Below, piece by piece: positions 57,134 to 59,868 of a stretch of DNA of 59,868 bases. Location: contig JBKBRF010000042.1 of NCBI GenBank assembly GCA_046292385.1, positions 1 to 59,868 of the forward strand, written 5' to 3'. A program made the translations under genes and the position numbers. Source of the DNA: Armatimonadota bacterium (lineage in GTDB: Bacteria > Armatimonadota > SYMT01). Positions within the stretch are counted from its first letter, which is position 1; the number at the start of each line of letters is the position of its first letter. The notes under the pieces are model-generated. The model was not told where the DNA came from and did no database searches. It saw only the letters and a list, made by a program, of their open reading frames with translations.

Positions 57134-58018
57134 ATGGAGATTCGGGCTTTGCCGTCCCGCCCGCCGACCCCCCGCGCTCTGGCGCCCAGCTCGCACCCTC
57201 GCTGGCAGGGCTGCATTGGGTTCGTCAGCTATGGCGTGCGGATTGCGATCCGCTCCGACGATTCGGAGTTCCTGGACCGGCTGGTAGACCTGCTCCCTCC
57301 CGGACACGAGCGGTGCTCCGCTGCCCGGGTGGACCGCCTCTATTCCGTCACCCGCTCCCGTTGGGCGCCGTGCAGCCGCGCCCCGCAGTCGGTCGAAGGT
57401 CGAACGCGCGCGTACCGCGTCTACGCCGGCTCCAGGCCCCTGGTGCGGTCCACCAACCGGGACCTCGCGCTGGAGGTGCTGGGCTCGGATATTCAGCTCA
57501 CCGTGGCGGACCTGGCTCGCGAGCGGCTGTTCGTGCATGCGGGGGTGGTTGCCTGGCGTGGGCGGGCGATCCTCATTCCCGGGCGAAGCTTCACCGGCAA
57601 GACGAGTCTGGTGGCGGCACTCCTCCGGGCCGGCGCCGTCTATTATTCCGATGAATACGCGGTGTTCGACGGGGACGGCTACGTGCATCCCTATCCGCGC
57701 CCGCTGTCGCTGCGGGTGGCGACGTCGGAGGTTCGGACCCGGTGTCCGGCCGAGTCGCTCGGCGCCGGCACGGGTGACGCACCCCTGCCGGTGGGACTGG
57801 TGGTGGTGACCCGGTATCGGCCCGGCGCTCGCTGGAGCCCGCGTCCTCTTACGGCCGGCCGCGCGGCCCTGGCCCTGCTGGCGAACACCGTGTCGGTCCG
57901 GCGGCAGCCGGAGTTCGCGCTGGCGACCCTGGAGCGAGCCGTCTCCCAGGCCCGGGCACTCCGCGGACCTCGTCCCGAGGCCGAAGAGATCGTCACCACT
58001 CTGCTCGGTCTTGAATAG
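57134..58018 (+). CDS. HPr-kinase-like P-loop kinase (RiPP-associated type)
   Basis: FVHAGVV, GRSFTGKTS, YSDEY and PYPRPL motifs; AGGAG Shine-Dalgarno at 57121. Confidence 0.8.
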   Translation: MEIRALPSRPPTPRALAPSSHPRWQGCIGFVSYGVRIAIRSDDSEFLDRLVDLLPPGHERCSAARVDRLYSVTRSRWAPCSRAPQSVEGRTRAYRVYAGSRPLVRSTNRDLALEVLGSDIQLTVADLARERLFVHAGVVAWRGRAILIPGRSFTGKTSLVAALLRAGAVYYSDEYAVFDGDGYVHPYPRPLSLRVATSEVRTRCPAESLGAGTGDAPLPVGLVVVTRYRPGARWSPRPLTAGRAALALLANTVSVRRQPEFALATLERAVSQARALRGPRPEAEEIVTTLLGLE

Positions 58019-58030
58019 GGATGGGGCGGC

Positions 58031-59134
58031 ATGTCCTGGCATTCCGGAACTCTGGATCGGCGCGGAGAGCAGATAGGTGAGCTCCTGCGAGGCACCTGGC
58101 GCGCGGATCCACCGCCGCCCGCGGTCTCTCCGACGGGCCTGGCCGAGCTCGCGCCGCTGCTCCTCGACACCGCCGCCTCGAGCTTGGCGTGGTGGCGGAT
58201 CCGCGGCTCGGAGCTGGCGGGCTCCGACGCGGGTCAGGCGCTCCGCGAGGGCTATCTTTTCCACACCCTCCAGGCAGCGGTCCTGGAGCATCAACTGGCG
58301 GACACGCTGCGGCGGCTGCGGGCCGCGGGAGTGGAGCCGCTCCTGATCAAGGGGTGGGCCGTGGCGCAGCTCTATCCGGAGGCGGGACTGCGCCCCTACC
58401 GCGATCTGGACCTCTGCGTGCGCCCGGAGGACTACTCCCGGGCCATGGAGGCCCTCGAGCCGCTCGACGCCGCGGGTTATCCGCTGGAAGTCAAGTCGCT
58501 CTGCCCCGATCTCGAGGGGACTCCAGTGGACGAGCTTCTATCCCGCTCGGGGACCATGGCTCTGGCTTCGAGCCCGATCCGGTGTCCCGGTCCGGAGGAT
58601 CACCTGCGCCTCCTCTCCGTCCACATGTTCCGTCACGGCCTGACGCGCCCCGTCTGGTTGTGCGATGTCGCCGCTCTCGTGGAGGCGTTTGGCGGAGAGC
58701 TGGACTGGGATTACTGCCTCCGCGAGGACTATCCCGGCCACTGCGTGGGAGCGGCCGTGGGCCTGGCGGAGCAGCTCCTCGGCGCCGAGCTTCCCGCGCC
58801 TGCCGCCGCCGCGGGTGCCTGCCGCCTGCCGCCCTGGCTCGTTCCGGCGGTGCGGCGTCAATGGGGCAGCCCCGTCGCCGAGCGCCGGTCGCTTCGAGCC
58901 TGGCGTAGTCCGCGCGGCCTCTTGAGCGAGCTCCGTCAGCGGTGGCCGAACCCGGTCAGTGCGACGGTCCGCTGCGGTCGGCACTTCGACGCGTCCCCGC
59001 GCCTGCCCCTCCAGCTTGCCCACTACCTCCGCCTGGGAAGCCGCTCTCTCAAGGCGCTGGCAGAGCGGCCTCCCGGCAGCTCGGACGCCGCCCCGACGAG
59101 CGCCGCGGAGCCGGAGCCGCCCCGCCGCGAGTGA
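58031..59134 (+). CDS. Nucleotidyltransferase family protein (NTP_transf_5-like)
   Basis: LLIKG...LYP...LRPYRDLDL, PEDHL...H..RH and WLCD...LDWD motifs. Confidence 0.82.
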   Translation: MSWHSGTLDRRGEQIGELLRGTWRADPPPPAVSPTGLAELAPLLLDTAASSLAWWRIRGSELAGSDAGQALREGYLFHTLQAAVLEHQLADTLRRLRAAGVEPLLIKGWAVAQLYPEAGLRPYRDLDLCVRPEDYSRAMEALEPLDAAGYPLEVKSLCPDLEGTPVDELLSRSGTMALASSPIRCPGPEDHLRLLSVHMFRHGLTRPVWLCDVAALVEAFGGELDWDYCLREDYPGHCVGAAVGLAEQLLGAELPAPAAAAGACRLPPWLVPAVRRQWGSPVAERRSLRAWRSPRGLLSELRQRWPNPVSATVRCGRHFDASPRLPLQLAHYLRLGSRSLKALAERPPGSSDAAPTSAAEPEPPRRE

Positions 59135-59318
59135 CGAGGTCCGGACCGGAGGTGCCCCGGATGTGAGCGGCCTGAACGGGCTGCTCGCGCGCAGCCCGGC
59201 AGGCGATCCTTCTGTGCAGGCCCCGTCCGAGGCCGCACGGAGGCCCTACGGCCGGCCGAGCCCTCCGCCGCGGCTGCGCCCGGGCCCGCGTCGGGCCCGA
59301 TGGGGGAGAACCTCGCTG

Positions 59319-59702
59319 ATGCCTCCGCCGCATGTCGCCACCGTCCTGATCGTCGAAGACGATGGGACCACCCGGCTCGTGCTGCGGCATATCGTGGCGG
59401 CGGCCGGCTGCGTAGCCGAGACGGCAGCCGACGGCGTCGAGGCACTGGAGTGGCTCTCGTCTCACTCGCCGCCCCAGCTCATCCTCCTCGATCTCGTGCT
59501 GCCGCGTCTCGGCGGCGAGCAGATGCTGCGGCGGATCGCGCGACAGCCGCCGCTGTCGCGCGTCCCCGTGGTCGTGCTCACCGGGGGTGCGCAGGGAGCT
59601 GCGGTGGCCACGCACCCGCAGGTACGGGCGGTCCTTTCCAAACCGTTCGTTCCGGAGCAGATCCGGACGATCATTCAGGAGCTGACGAAGGACTACGGAT
59701 AG
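59319..59702 (+). CDS. Single-domain response regulator (CheY-like)
   Basis: LIVEDD, LLDLVLP, VLTG and KPF motifs. Confidence 0.88.
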   Translation: MPPPHVATVLIVEDDGTTRLVLRHIVAAAGCVAETAADGVEALEWLSSHSPPQLILLDLVLPRLGGEQMLRRIARQPPLSRVPVVVLTGGAQGAAVATHPQVRAVLSKPFVPEQIRTIIQELTKDYG

Positions 59703-59748
59703 GGAGCCGCGTTCGGACTGCCGCGGGCCCGGGCCGGGTGGAGCCTTA

Positions 59749-59868
59749 GAGGGTGTACGGTAGTCGGTCATACAGTTAGCCGGTTGAGCATCAGCCGGCT
59801 CATCGCCAGCAGGATCTTCGCCTCCGTGGTTTCCGGTAGATAGTCGTACTCGCGGGCGAGCCCTCTCC
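59749..59868 (-). mobile_element. Right end of an IS5-family (IS1031-like) element with a partial transposase (stop at 59768-59770)
   Basis: Minus strand reads RGLAREYDYLPETTEAKILLAMSRLMLNRLTV*, typical of the IS5 C-terminus; candidate TIR GAGGGTGTACGGTAG next to TTA. Confidence 0.75.

Overview
High-GC bacterial window. Armatimonadota-like by gene style, but that taxon is only a guess. 1-18 kb is a mix of housekeeping and secreted-protein genes: a secreted protein with a Lys/Gly tail, a DUF5695-type glycoside hydrolase, YgfZ/GcvT, an MFS transporter, a HAD hydrolase, a GT2, a TPR protein, SBP56 with a His-rich membrane partner, a Tat serine hydrolase and a sigma-70/ECF-like factor. REP-like and tandem repeats fill several intergenic gaps. 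19-56 kb is a large surface-polysaccharide locus. On the + strand are four tandem, mosaic beta-helix (lyase-like) paralogues. On the - strand is a Wzx/Wzy-type operon (priming transferase, wzc, wza, wzx, wzy, two GT4, deacetylase, ATP-grasp, CapK-like ligase, AsnB-like PP-loop protein, nucleotidyltransferases and TMK-like kinases). That operon embeds three Tat-exported purple-acid-phosphatase-like paralogues with the same rewired metal site. Six of these secreted proteins share one ~150-aa module (NLLxxSE...WGAQLExG) resembling phage head-spike/fibre carbohydrate-binding domains. Divergent from the operon is a lasso-like RiPP cassette with no B2 protease in view: an RRE/PqqD domain fused to a Tat-like leader and a Lys/Gly-rich core, an HPr-kinase-like protein and a nucleotidyltransferase. 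A single-domain response regulator and the end of an IS5-family element follow. All calls come from motif reading; no searches were run.
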